DNA of 59,129 nucleotides, filler included, from Rhizaria sp. SCN 62-66 (taxonomy: Eukaryota): the NCBI GenBank assembly GCA_001724265.1. It is 4 parts of 4 records of this genome, joined end to end, with 100 filler letters (N's around TTAATTAATTAA, not from the genome) between each part and the next. Parts side by side here need not be neighbours in the genome. Positions count along the whole stretch, not along the records: positions 1 to 14,654 come from MEDY01000503.1; positions 14,755 to 29,973 come from MEDY01000504.1; 2 more parts are not named here. One strand, written 5' to 3'. A program made the translations under genes and the position numbers. Position 1 is the first letter of the stretch; every line of letters begins with the position of its first letter. A model generated the notes under the pieces. That model ran no database searches, was not told the DNA's origin, and was given only the letters and a program-made list of their open reading frames with translations. Below, in pieces: positions 10,501 through 20,582 of the stretch.

Positions 10501-13418
10501 AGGTGGCCGCCGCGCGCGCGACCGACCCCGCGTGGCTGCTGCCGCAGGACCTTGCCGGCGGCGACGGCAAGGCGGGTGACAAGGCCGACAATGCCGACAA
10601 TGCCGACAAGGCGGACAAGGCCGAGGGGGAGGAGGACGACGACGAGCTGGTGTGCGCAGAGACCGTGGCCACGCCCGCGGCGCAGCTGCTGCTGGAGCAC
10701 GCGCGTGGGCTGCTGCCGCGGCAGACGGCGCCTTCGGTGCTGCTGGCGCTGGCGCGCTCGGTGCAGGCCGAGAGCATCCTCACCTCGGCGGGCTACCGCC
10801 GCCGCCGGCGCGGCTTCTCGTCGGCGATGCCCCCGCTGCGGCTGCCGACGGGCATGCTGTACCCGCTGTCGGCGGGCGCCTTCCGGCCCGCGCGCGCGCT
10901 CTCGCTGGCGAGCACCAACTTCACCGGCGTGATGCTGAGCCACCGCACGCTGTTGCGCGTGTGCGCCGAGCTGGCGCCCGACCCCGAGGCCATGGAGGCT
11001 GCCAAGGCTGAGATGGACCCGCTGCTCGCTGGCGACAGCGCGGCCGCGGGCAATAACTACAACAACAGCAACACCAGCGACGACATGATCCCGGCCTCCG
11101 GCGGCCCGGCCTCCGGCGGCCCGGCCTCCGGCGGCCTCGGCTCCGTGGCCAACCCCGACGACCTATCCCGGAACGACCGCTACATGCGCTGGGAGCGTTG
11201 GGTCGTGTTCGACGTCTGGCTGGCCTACTCGCCCTGGAACGGCGAGCTCTCGGTGCCGCCTGCGAAGCTGTCGCTGCTGGCGGACCCAATTCTGCAGCTG
11301 CGCGCGTGGCTGGAGCAGACCGTCGCGGCCGGGCTTCCGGGCGTCGTCGTGGGCTTCTTCGAGCGCTCGCTCACGGACCCGCTCTTCCGGCTGACTCTCG
11401 CGCGCATGTACCGCACGGTGGGCCAGCGTACGGCCTACCGCCGCCTGCAGCAGCACCCGCTGTTCCACCTGGCGCAGTGGGCGCTCTTCATGCTCGACGA
11501 GACGTACCCCGCTGAGGCCGCCGCGCTGTACCGCGCGTGCACCGCGAACCTGCTCTTCAACCCGCTGCTGTCCGAGTGCGACGACCTCGACTACGACACG
11601 CCCGCCGGCGCCGCCTTCGCAGCGGAGACCGGCATCACCACCGCGCAGCGGGCGTTCACCAACCGCAGGGCGCGCGCCGAGGCCGACGACAACGGCGACG
11701 GCGGCGGCTTCCTGGCGGCATACGGCGTCGACGGCGACGGCGACGCCATCCCCGTGCTGGCCAAAGACAGCCGCGCGCGCAATTACATCCCGCCCAGGCC
11801 CAAGCCCGGGGCGCCGCGGCCGCTGGGCCAGGTGCTCGCGCGCTTCCTGCTGGCCTCCGGCGAGGCCATGGTGCCCGCGCTGGTCTTCGCCACGGGCCCC
11901 GGCGCGCTGGCGCGCGTCGTCGCGGCCGAGCGCGCGGGCGCCACGGCCCTGGCCCCGGTCACGGCCCGCGCTGATGGCAGCGTCGCTGAGGACGGCGCCG
12001 ACAACGACGACGACGAAGACATCTTGGCCACGCTCGCGACGCACAGCGGCGGCAGCCTCGGCCTCAGCGGCGGCAGCGGCGGCAGCGGCGGCGGCGGCGG
12101 CGGCGGCCACAAAGACGCCGGTGGCGCCGCGTCGCTGTCAGTGTTCGAGCTGCAGCAGCGGCGGCGCGCGGCGCGGCACCGCACACTCATCTCGGCCGTG
12201 CTCGACGGCGAGGTGGCGGCCGCGCGCGACCCCAGCCGGCTGCCGCGCGGGCTGCGCTTCAACTTGCGCGGGCTCTGGCTGTGCACGGTCCGCCACGCGC
12301 TCGCGCACGCGCACGAGCTGGGCATCGCGGGCCACCTGCTGCTGCCCGACCGCCTCCGCGAGGCCGCGCTGGCGCTGCACGCCGACGCCGCCGCGCACGC
12401 CGCCCTGGGCGCGGGGGCCCCGAACCGGTTTCTGGACTCGGACTCGGAGGGCGAGTCGGACGTGGCGCAGCAGCTGCGTGCACAGGCGCACCTCTACGGC
12501 GACCTGTACAAGCTCGACAGCCCCCACAACCCCCACAGCCTCCGCAGCGGCGGCAGCGAGTCCGCGGCGGCGTCTTTGCGCGAGCGCGCGGCCGTGCTGG
12601 AGGCCTACGCGGAGCGCTCGGCCGTGCCGCGGCTGTCCAACTTCGTGCGGCAGCGGCAGCGCGAGGCCGAGGCGACTCTGCGCCGCGGTCAGTACCGCGC
12701 GCTCGCACAGGAACAGGGCGCCGCCGCCGCCGAGGCCATCGCCGTGCTCAACGGCTTCCCGCCCGTCTTTACCGCGCTCGGTAGCGACAGCAGCTTCGGC
12801 GCCGTCTCCGGCCACGGGGGCGTCTCGGGCGGCGCTGGCGGCCCCTCTGCGAGCGAGCTGCGCGCGCGCGCGGCGTTGAGCACGCGCAACGCCGACGGCG
12901 ACGGCGACACGCTGGGCACGGGCGCGGGCCGCCACCAAGTCGTGACCGTGGTGGGCGGCGGCTACGGCGTGCCGGCGGCCGTCATGGACGCTGTGGCGGC
13001 CGGCACCGAGGGCCGAGGCCACGACTTCCAGTACGACGATGACGCGCTGGACCCCGTCGCCAACGCGGGGTTCGACGTCGCGGCGGAGCTAGATGATGCC
13101 GCGGCCGCCGCCTCCTCGCCGTCGGCCGCGGCCGCGGCGGCGCAGGCCAAGGGGCCCGGCTTTAACAGCAGCAATAGCCGCAGCCAGCGCCGACACAGCC
13201 CCAACCAGCTGCCGTTGCGGGGCGATGTCCAGCCCAAGGTGAAATTCGAGCTGGCGCAGACGCTGAAGAAGATGAAGAAGCAGGCGAAGCTGGTACTGAA
13301 GGCGCAGCGGGTGGGGCAGGAGCAGCAGGAGCAGAAGAAGGGCCAGGGCCAAGGGCAGGCTGCGGGGCACGGTCATACCATTAATAAGAACAACAAAATC
13401 AGCAAGGATAACAACTAA
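4590..13418 (+). CDS. Very large (~2718 aa) putative mitochondrion-targeted protein with degenerate PPR-like motifs and a possible split SMR domain (exons 4590-5390, 5549-8250, 8427-9141, 9344-9964, 10101-13418)
   Basis: Four GT-AG introns (donors GTACGC, GTACGC, GTCCGT, GTACGC) keep the frame across five ORF-track fragments; acid-free Arg/Ala/Ser-rich N-terminus ending RGFASY; PPR-like KGYLVEALRLLAWMSAHSIRP. The gene structure is well supported, the function is inferred. Confidence 0.7.
5202..5255 (+). repeat. (CAGGAT)7 followed by (CAGGAG)2 coding microsatellite encoding QD/QE repeats
   Basis: Read directly; translates as QDQDQDQDQDQDQDQEQE. Confidence 0.9.
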
Positions 13419-14122
13419 AGTGCAATCGACAAAACTGTCGTCGCTGTTGTTAAGCTGACTAGTATTTAATACTATCATCGCAAGGCTCATTAACGCTTGT
13501 TGTTATAAGTCTTGACAATCACTGGCTTACATTATTTAATGAACAAATATGGGATTAATTTATATCTTGCCTGTGTGGCGGTTACGCCCAAAGGCAGGCA
13601 ATGCTTTGCGCTGATTTCATTAAGAACAGATTACAGAGAGATATTGATATATGTGACGATCGTCACATAGAAATACACTAGATATTTTGATATCAACTTC
13701 TACACAGGTATTTATGGTGTTCAATCATGTTAGTGAAGTGGTTTCGCCAAGCCGTCACACAACTTCAGTTGATGTTGGTTGACCGGTGGCAAGTTGGTAG
13801 CGCGCGTGGTTGTGAGAGGACAGCAAAGGAGGAGATATCAATCACAAAGCGTGCGCGATTCTGATCGTCTGCAGCGACCAAACACTCTATAGAGATGAAA
13901 ATGTAGCATTTAGTTATGTTTATAAGATTGTTTTTGCTTCTGTTTCTTGAAAAAACGCGCTAACTCCCGAGTTCATTTTGCCCTCGCCTGTGCTTGATGT
14001 GGTGTCCGCGCCCATCCCAGTTTCCCGTTAGTTCCATCCATTCATACATTTTGCCGCTTCACTTTTGCGGTTTCTCAACTTAAACTGCGCGCGCGTCTGC
14101 TCTGACTGTGCCACTGCGCGCA

Positions 14123-14654
14123 ATGTCGCTGTCGCAGTCGCCCTCGCGCATTCCCCTGTCCCCCCGCGCCCGCGCCGCCCCTGCCTCGGCCGCCGCCGCC
14201 GCCGCGCGCGCGCCCCCGCTCTCGCCCGCGCTGGCCCTGCTTTCCCGCGGCGATCCTTCCGCCGATGCCGGCGCCCTCGACGCGCTGGCGCTGGTAGAGC
14301 TGCCCGGCGACGGCCTGGGCAGCGCCGGCGGCGACGCTCTCATCGCCGCGCAAGACGTATGTCCGCGCGCTCTCAGGAGGATATTTCCGCGAAATCAAAG
14401 CAGAACAATATTATTGCCTGATATAACATTTTATGAATCGGTTTACACTATTCTTCAATATTGATTTTTAAAACATGTCTTACGACATGTCTCTTCAACA
14501 ACAAACGCCTCTTCTCAACTCTCCTCCCGCTGAATCCTTGTTTCTTTGCTTTGCTTTTTCTCGCAGGCTGAGCTGTCATCGGTGCTGGCCGCGCTGGACC
14601 GGCTGCGCCCCAGCCCTGCGGCGATTGCGGCGGCGGTGACGGCGAAGCCGCAGC
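14123..14654 (+). CDS. 5' part of an unknown gene truncated at the contig end (exons 14123-14356, 14567->14654)
   Basis: ATG 14123 MSLSQSPSRIPLSPR...AAQD; donor GTATGT at 14357; pyrimidine tract + GCAG at 14566; continues AELSSVLAALDRLRPSP. Confidence 0.65.
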
Positions 14655-14754
14655 NNNNNNNNNNNNNNNNNNNNNNNNNNNNNNNNNNNNNNNNNNNNTT
14701 AATTAATTAANNNNNNNNNNNNNNNNNNNNNNNNNNNNNNNNNNNNNNNNNNNN
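14655..14754. other. Artificial contig-joining linker
   Basis: 44 N + TTAATTAATTAA (stops in all six frames) + 44 N; the same cassette occurs three times. Confidence 0.97.
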
Positions 14755-14902
14755 CAGGAAAACGAAGTGTGTATACACAAGAAACGCCACCTTTAAATCG
14801 CGACCGGCAAAAGCTGTCGACTGGAATTTTATGCAGAATGTCGACGGTAACATTATAACACATATCTTGGTATTATTGAGCCGAGTCACAATTACAACTT
14901 TT

Positions 14903-14963
14903 TACTAGTAATGGACGTACTTAGTACTAGTACGTACTACTACTAATAGTACTAATAGTAGTA
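14903..14963. repeat. TAG/CTA-rich palindromic low-complexity tract
   Basis: tactagta...ttagtactagtacgtactactactaatagtactaatagtagta. Confidence 0.7.
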
Positions 14964-15254
14964 ACTCTCACTTACACTCCACTCTGGTTCAACGACTTTC
15001 TGAACACATCTAGAAAAAGACAAGACTATATCATGAAAATTAATATGAAAAAGTGCTGAGTAATCAGATAATTATAAAAACACAGTTGCTTTGATATGCA
15101 AACCAACAATCTGAATTATGCTAAATAAAGCTATTTATACCGTAAATTCTGGTGCTTGCCCCATCAGCAGTGTAAGCAAGTAAGCTTCCACAGCTGCTTT
15201 GTTTTGCACTTTTCTTGACCCCTTTATCATCGAGTGAGTACCTACTCAAGCAAA

Positions 15255-15326
15255 TCTCTGATAGTATAGTGGCTAGTATTCCTCCCTGTCACGGAGGAGA
15301 CCCGGGTTCAATTCCCGGTCAGAGAG
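15255..15326 (+). tRNA. tRNA-Asp (GTC)
   Basis: Acceptor TCTCTGA/TCAGAGA, anticodon arm CCTCC-CTGTCAC-GGAGG, T arm CCGGG-TTCAATT-CCCGG; 72 nt. Confidence 0.95.
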
Positions 15327-15334
15327 CTCTTCTA

Positions 15335-15369
15335 GCGCTATTGGTCTAGTGGTATTCACGGATAGCGCA
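15335..15369 (+). pseudogene. Internally deleted tRNA relic (35 nt; acceptor stem Gly-like), lacking the anticodon arm and most of the T arm
   Basis: GCGCTAT-TGGTCTAGTGGTAT-TCACGG-ATAGCGC-A: perfect 7-bp acceptor stem + discriminator A, A-box/D-arm start and 3' half of a T stem; lies between two tRNA genes. Confidence 0.75.
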
Positions 15370-15378
15370 CCTTTGCAA

Positions 15379-15451
15379 GTCTACGTAGCCCAATGGTTAA
15401 GGTGTCTGCCTACGAAGCAGGAGATTGTGGGTTCGATCCCCACCGCGGACT
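15379..15451 (+). tRNA. tRNA-Arg (ACG) with an acceptor-stem mismatch (possibly decaying)
   Basis: Anticodon arm TCTGC-CTACGAA-GCAGG, T arm GTGGG-TTCGATC-CCCAC, acceptor GTCTACG/CGCGGAC (one T-G, one A-C); T-run at 15457-15460. Confidence 0.88.
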
Positions 15452-15863
15452 TTCTCTTTTGTTCTAGCTCACAATGCGCTACCGCGCTCGCGCAATGCTG
15501 TTGCATCCTTACTTTTTGCTTCATAACGTAAGTGCGCGCAAGCTTTCCGTTTTGCCTGCCACTATAAAAGCTCGTTCCATGTCTTGTTAGTACTAGTATG
15601 CGCTGTGTCACATAACATGTTACCCGCCCACAAACAAAGAACAACGACGATACTTGGGACATGTGTATTAATACAATTATTGATGTTTATTGGTGGAGAA
15701 ACTAAATAACACAAATCTATCATACAAAATAAACTATAAATAAGAAATCAACAAGATCACTATTGTTTTCTTGATGCTTGATGTTTGATGCTCTTAGATT
15801 GTAAGCGAAAGTAAGCGTAAACGAATGAGTATGCTCTCAAGTCTTCGTCGTTGCATTCGTTTC

Positions 15864-18800
15864 TTAGTCCTCAGCCTCAGGTCCCTCGGTGACCGTGGCA
15901 ATCCAAGCCTCATAGACGAGAAACGCCACCCGCAACGCCACACGCTTGAGTCCCACGGTGATGCCCGCACCGAGGCCGACAGCGGGCGTGGTGCGCACAT
16001 CGATCAGTACCATCCCCTCCGGCACAGCGCTCCCGCCGTGGCTCTCGCACGCAGTCACACTGCAAGACGAGTCAGAGTCAGGGACAGAGGCAGAACCGCC
16101 AAGCTGTTGCTGCTGTTGGCGTTCGAGCGCGAGCACGGCGGCCGCGTACGGCGCGTACACTGGCAGCGCTGCGAGGAGCTCGTCCCTGTTGCTGGCGAGC
16201 GGCGCGGCGGGCACTGCGGCGCCCGCGACGGCCTGGTCGAACATAAGCGCGAGCCTGCGCACGCGCGAGCCCTCGAGGTCGCGGTTCACGGAGCGGACGA
16301 GGTTGAGCGTCTTAAGCACGAAGACAAGGTCGGGGTGCATTTGCGACACGAACTGCGTGATGTCGAGTCCGCGGAACTCCTTGACGATCACCGCGCGGTC
16401 CTCCGCGGACACCCGCGAGCGCGTGGCCGACGTCGACGTCGGCAGCCGGTGCGCGAGCGCGAGCGACAGCAGTCGCCACTGCTTTTCTGCGCCGACCAGC
16501 TTGGCGCCCTCGCGCACGCCGTCCGGGTCGCGGCGGTACAGAGAGGTGAACATCTGCGCCATGCCGCGGCGGAACTGCGGGTCCAGCTCGCGGTACAGCC
16601 CGTGGTCCAGCAGCACGACCTGGTGCTGCGGGCGCTGCCAGGACCCGCCCCAGATGCGCCGCAGCAGCGCGGCCGTGCCCGCCGATACGACGCCGGCCAC
16701 GGACGAGCCCCAGCCACCGCTGCTGCCGCTGCTGGTGCTGGTGCTCTGGTGTGAGTGCGCGCGCTTGAACGCGAGCTGCGCTGCGAGGCGCTCGAACGGC
16801 AGAGGGCCCGGGGGGCTGCGCGGGCAAGCCAGCGCGATGGCCACGAGGGCGCGCAGACGGGTCGGCGGCGGCGCGCAGACTGAGACGGAGCGGAACAGAC
16901 TCGGGGCGAGCTCGGAGACGTTGCTTACAGTGACTGCAGGCGCACTGTGACGAGAGCGCAAGTGGGATGATGATGAGTCCGAGTGAGAAAGCGCAAGAGC
17001 GTTAGCGTCGACGTCATCACGCGGGGGGAGTGCGAGCAGAGTGGCGCTGGCAAACACGCGGTCATACGTGTGTCCACCGCCAAGCGAGACGCCAGACACG
17101 GCGTTGGCGCTCGCGACCGCGTCTGCGGGCCTGGGTCGCACGAGCACGTTACCCGGGTGGGGGTCGCAGTGTACGAACCCGAAGGAGAAGATCATCTCTG
17201 CAAAGGCACGCACGAACGAGTCCATGACCTGCTGCGGCTGCAGCCCCCAGGCCCTGAGCGCGTCTGCGTCTGCAATGCGGCAGCCGTGGATGAACTCGGT
17301 CACCAGCACGCGCGGCGTCGTCAGGTCCCAGCGCACCGCGGGGATGTAGATGTCGTCGCGGTCGCCGAACAGCGCGGCGATGCGCTCCGACGATGCGGCC
17401 TCGGAGACGAAGTCGAGCTCGCGGCGCAGGTTCTGGGCGAACTCGCGCACCATCCACTCGCCCTCAAACTTAGGGAAGCGGCGGTGCACCAGTCTCACGG
17501 CGAGCGCCATGGTTGCGACGTCAGCCTCGGTCACGCCGCGCAGGTACGGGTACTGCACCTTGACGGCGACCTCTTGTCCGTCGTGCGTCACCGCGCGGTG
17601 CACCTGTGCGAGCGAGGCCGCCGCCACGGGCGCGGGGTCGAACTCGCGGAAGAGCGTCTCCAGTTCTCTGCCGCTGAACTCGGCGCGCACCGTCGCGCGC
17701 ACGGCCGGCAGCGCCAGCGCGGGCGCGCGGTCCTGCATCAGCGACAGGATGTCCTTGTACACGGCGGGGAAGCCGTGACCGATGCTCGCGATGTGCTGCG
17801 CGGCCTTGACGTAGGCGCCGCCCTGGGCCGCCGCGAGCAGCAGCAGCCGGCGCGCAGTGCGGTAGTGCAGCGCCTGTAGCTCGTGCAACCGCTTGGCCGA
17901 GGCCGAGAGCTCGCCCGAAGCGGCGGCGGTGCGCAGCGCGCTATCGCTCTCCATCGCGGCGTCGCCGTTGGTGGCCACCGGCTGCGGCGCAGCAGCTGTC
18001 AAGTCGCTTGCGGTTGCACTGGTCGTGCCACCATTAGAGCGACTCGCATTCGCGCTTGTGTTCGTATTCGTGTTATAATCCGTATTCGTGTGCGTATTCG
18101 TGTTCGTATGAGTGCTTGCGCTCGTGTTCGTTGCTGAAGGAATACGAGAGCCATTGTCGTCGCGCCCGGTGCCGTCGCGCATTGGCACGCCGTTGAGCTT
18201 CCTCCGCGAGAAGATGAAGGTGAAGTCGGCCATGATCTTGGTCACGTAGCTCAGTGTCGTGAGCCGGCGGTCCACCGACAGCAGCCCGCGGTTGATGCTA
18301 GCGACGGCCTCGGCTGGCAGGAGCGCGGCCAGCGCGGCCGGGACAGTCACGGAGGAGCCTGGCGGGCGCGCGGCAATGGTGGGGCCCGTGTACTCGGCGT
18401 CAATGCTGCTGAGATCGTCCGCGTTGCTGCTGTTAATGTGACTGCTGATGCTTGCGTTTGCGTTTGCGGCGATGACGTCTGCCGTCGTCGGGGGCAGGCG
18501 CTCGGCGAGCCAGCGCGGCGGCGGGGCGCGGCCGGCGCGGTACTCGGTGTAGAGGTCGTACTCGCGCATCTCGTCCTTGTAGTGCCCGGGCACGGTGTAC
18601 ACCGCTGCGGCAATGCCGGCGCGCGCAATGAACAGAAGAGACGCCGCCGCCGTGCCGAGGCGCAAGGCCGCGGAGGCCAGGACGCCGCGGCGGCGCCGGG
18701 CAGGAGCGGTGCTGGCAGCCCGCAAAATGGGCTGGAGCTGCGATGGGGCCGGTAGCGGCTTAGGCAGAGCTGTTTGTGTTGCAGTGGCAGAGTGTGGTGT

Positions 18801-18911
18801 TGAGAAGAGTGAGCGCGACGGTGAGAGGAGCGCGTGTTGCTGCAGGGATGTGCGCGCCTGCACGGCGGAGGCAACACGCGCGGTAAAGAAACGCTGGAGA
18901 TGAGAGCTCAT
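15864..18911 (-). CDS. ABC1/UbiB-family atypical kinase (ADCK1/ADCK5-like), probably mitochondrial, intronless, ~1015 aa
   Basis: Motifs QGGAYVKAAQ, PVAAASLAQVHRA, VAVKVQYP, ELDF, HCDPHPGNVLV, LLDHGLY; transit-peptide-like N-terminus from ATG 18911. Confidence 0.92.
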   Translation of the reverse strand: MSSHLQRFFTARVASAVQARTSLQQHALLSPSRSLFSTPHSATATQTALPKPLPAPSQLQPILRAASTAPARRRRGVLASAALRLGTAAASLLFIARAGIAAAVYTVPGHYKDEMREYDLYTEYRAGRAPPPRWLAERLPPTTADVIAANANASISSHINSSNADDLSSIDAEYTGPTIAARPPGSSVTVPAALAALLPAEAVASINRGLLSVDRRLTTLSYVTKIMADFTFIFSRRKLNGVPMRDGTGRDDNGSRIPSATNTSASTHTNTNTHTNTDYNTNTNTSANASRSNGGTTSATASDLTAAAPQPVATNGDAAMESDSALRTAAASGELSASAKRLHELQALHYRTARRLLLLAAAQGGAYVKAAQHIASIGHGFPAVYKDILSLMQDRAPALALPAVRATVRAEFSGRELETLFREFDPAPVAAASLAQVHRAVTHDGQEVAVKVQYPYLRGVTEADVATMALAVRLVHRRFPKFEGEWMVREFAQNLRRELDFVSEAASSERIAALFGDRDDIYIPAVRWDLTTPRVLVTEFIHGCRIADADALRAWGLQPQQVMDSFVRAFAEMIFSFGFVHCDPHPGNVLVRPRPADAVASANAVSGVSLGGGHTYDRVFASATLLALPPRDDVDANALALSHSDSSSSHLRSRHSAPAVTVSNVSELAPSLFRSVSVCAPPPTRLRALVAIALACPRSPPGPLPFERLAAQLAFKRAHSHQSTSTSSGSSGGWGSSVAGVVSAGTAALLRRIWGGSWQRPQHQVVLLDHGLYRELDPQFRRGMAQMFTSLYRRDPDGVREGAKLVGAEKQWRLLSLALAHRLPTSTSATRSRVSAEDRAVIVKEFRGLDITQFVSQMHPDLVFVLKTLNLVRSVNRDLEGSRVRRLALMFDQAVAGAAVPAAPLASNRDELLAALPVYAPYAAAVLALERQQQQQLGGSASVPDSDSSCSVTACESHGGSAVPEGMVLIDVRTTPAVGLGAGITVGLKRVALRVAFLVYEAWIATVTEGPEAED

Positions 18912-19359
18912 CTGCACCGCAAAGGCAGGTTTGCGCGCGTTCTGTCGGTCAGAGGAAGACGGTGTTGCTTGATGAAGCGAGTGTCTGGAACATCAAAACA
19001 GGAAGGTGGATAGAACACGCGTTAGATCGACACATAAGATAGTATATTAAACTGAAAATAGACAAAAGTAACGGTAAAATTGATTTCTGGATCTGGAATT
19101 GTTGTTAACGATGCATATATGTGAGGACACTGTGCCGGATTTTGATGCCTCTAGCGAGTCTTGCATCGAGGCGTTTGTGGTCGGGCATGATTGACATCAA
19201 CGTTGTCACTCTCTTTGATCGTCAAATGTTCATTAGGGCTTTTGATATAACTTTAAACGTGTTATCATCTATTCACATTCAATTATACCGCCTTAGCCGC
19301 ACGCCTTTGTTGTCTATACCACTATTTCGCTACTTCCGCAGAGCCGTCCCACCTCCGCG

Positions 19360-20161
19360 ATGGATTACAACCTTCCACAGGCGGCTGAGAACGTCAACTC
19401 GTTTGACTGGAGTATCCTTGAGTCTCTCCTGGTCCGCGTCAAGGACACCAACCCTGTGGTATGTTTTTTTTGCTCTTTCAATCTGCGTTGTCACTCTAAT
19501 GGCGGCTATCTGCTGTGTTACCGCACGCTCTTCGTTCCGTTTGTCATGCTTTGCTCTTCATTTATCTTACCTTTTGTCTTTTACTTCTTTCTGCTTCCGT
19601 TTCCCGCAGATTCCTGAGTCTGTTGTTGCCTACTTTATGGCTAAGGCGGGCTGCATCACTTCTGATCCCAACGTGTACGTCTCTCATCCACTGTCAAAAC
19701 TGTCTATACTCACTTGCTGACTGCGTCACACACGAAGAACAAGACTCTTATGGTGTTGATTTCTTGTTATATAAGATTGACATACTACATTAATGCTTTA
19801 TTTGCCTTTATTACACAATCGCATGCTTACAGCACACTCATTGACTTCTCAACACAACTCCTTTGACTCACGTGACTCTCCTCTATGACTACTATTCCCC
19901 CCCACATCCCCACTATTCCCCCCCACATCCCCCGTGACCCTGGCTGGTCCCCGTCTCCGCTGCCCCCCCACCCACAGCCTGAAGCTCATCGCGGCGTCGA
20001 CGCACATGTTCCTCTACACCGTGATCCGCGACGCGCAGACCTTCCGCACGCTCCGCATCGGCGACGAGGAGGAGAAGGCGATGCTCACCCCGGAGGACCT
20101 GGCCCACAGTTTGCACGAGAAGGGCATCGTGCTCGCACAGCCCGCCTTCTACGTCGGCTGA
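19360..20161 (+). CDS. TAF10: TFIID subunit TAF10 (~115 aa; exons 19360-19458, 19610-19674, 19978-20161)
   Basis: Spliced product contains PVIPESVVAYFMAKAGCITSDPNVLKLIAASTHMFLYTVIRDA...LTPEDLAHSLHEKGI, matching the TAF10 histone-fold pattern; intron phases are compatible. Confidence 0.88.
19891..19932 (+). repeat. 21-bp direct tandem duplication in TAF10 intron 2
   Basis: actattcccccccacatcccc x2. Confidence 0.8.
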
Positions 20162-20582
20162 AGCGCTCGCGCAGCCAGCACTTTGCGCTGAGGTGCTCGT
20201 TTACACAGTTGTCTGAAACAGTCGCTGCGTCGCTGAAGCTGGTTTCTGCACTGAAGCAGGAATGCTTTGCGTGAAACGGGAGTTTATAATCATGTCTTTG
20301 TATTCAATTGAGAGGGACAGTCATCGTAACGTCATTTGCGCCTTGCCTAGTCCTGGCCCGAGATCTGGCCATTGCGTCACACTCTGTGCACACTCAGGAA
20401 ACACAAAGTCAGTGACTGCACTTTGTCAGAGCGACACACACGCAAAGTGTGCGCACCATTGCATAGAGTGACGGGTGACTGAGGGCCAGTCATACCATCA
20501 CGTAGACCCAATACATACCATATCTAGCTAGAACGCGCCAGAACCCAACGCATAACATAATTTTCTGACGTTTTAACTGCGT

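Noticed and set aside
14699-14710. Palindromic TTAATTAATTAA repeated three times in the window
   Set aside because: Always centred in 44+44 Ns; it is an artificial six-frame-stop linker. Gene adjacency across the linkers carries no biological meaning.
20380-20470. Imperfect inverted repeat between the TAF10 and TRAPPC4 3' ends (MITE or SECIS candidate)
   Set aside because: Only ~11 bp with a wobble, no target-site duplication, and the TAF10 TGA falls at the expected protein end.
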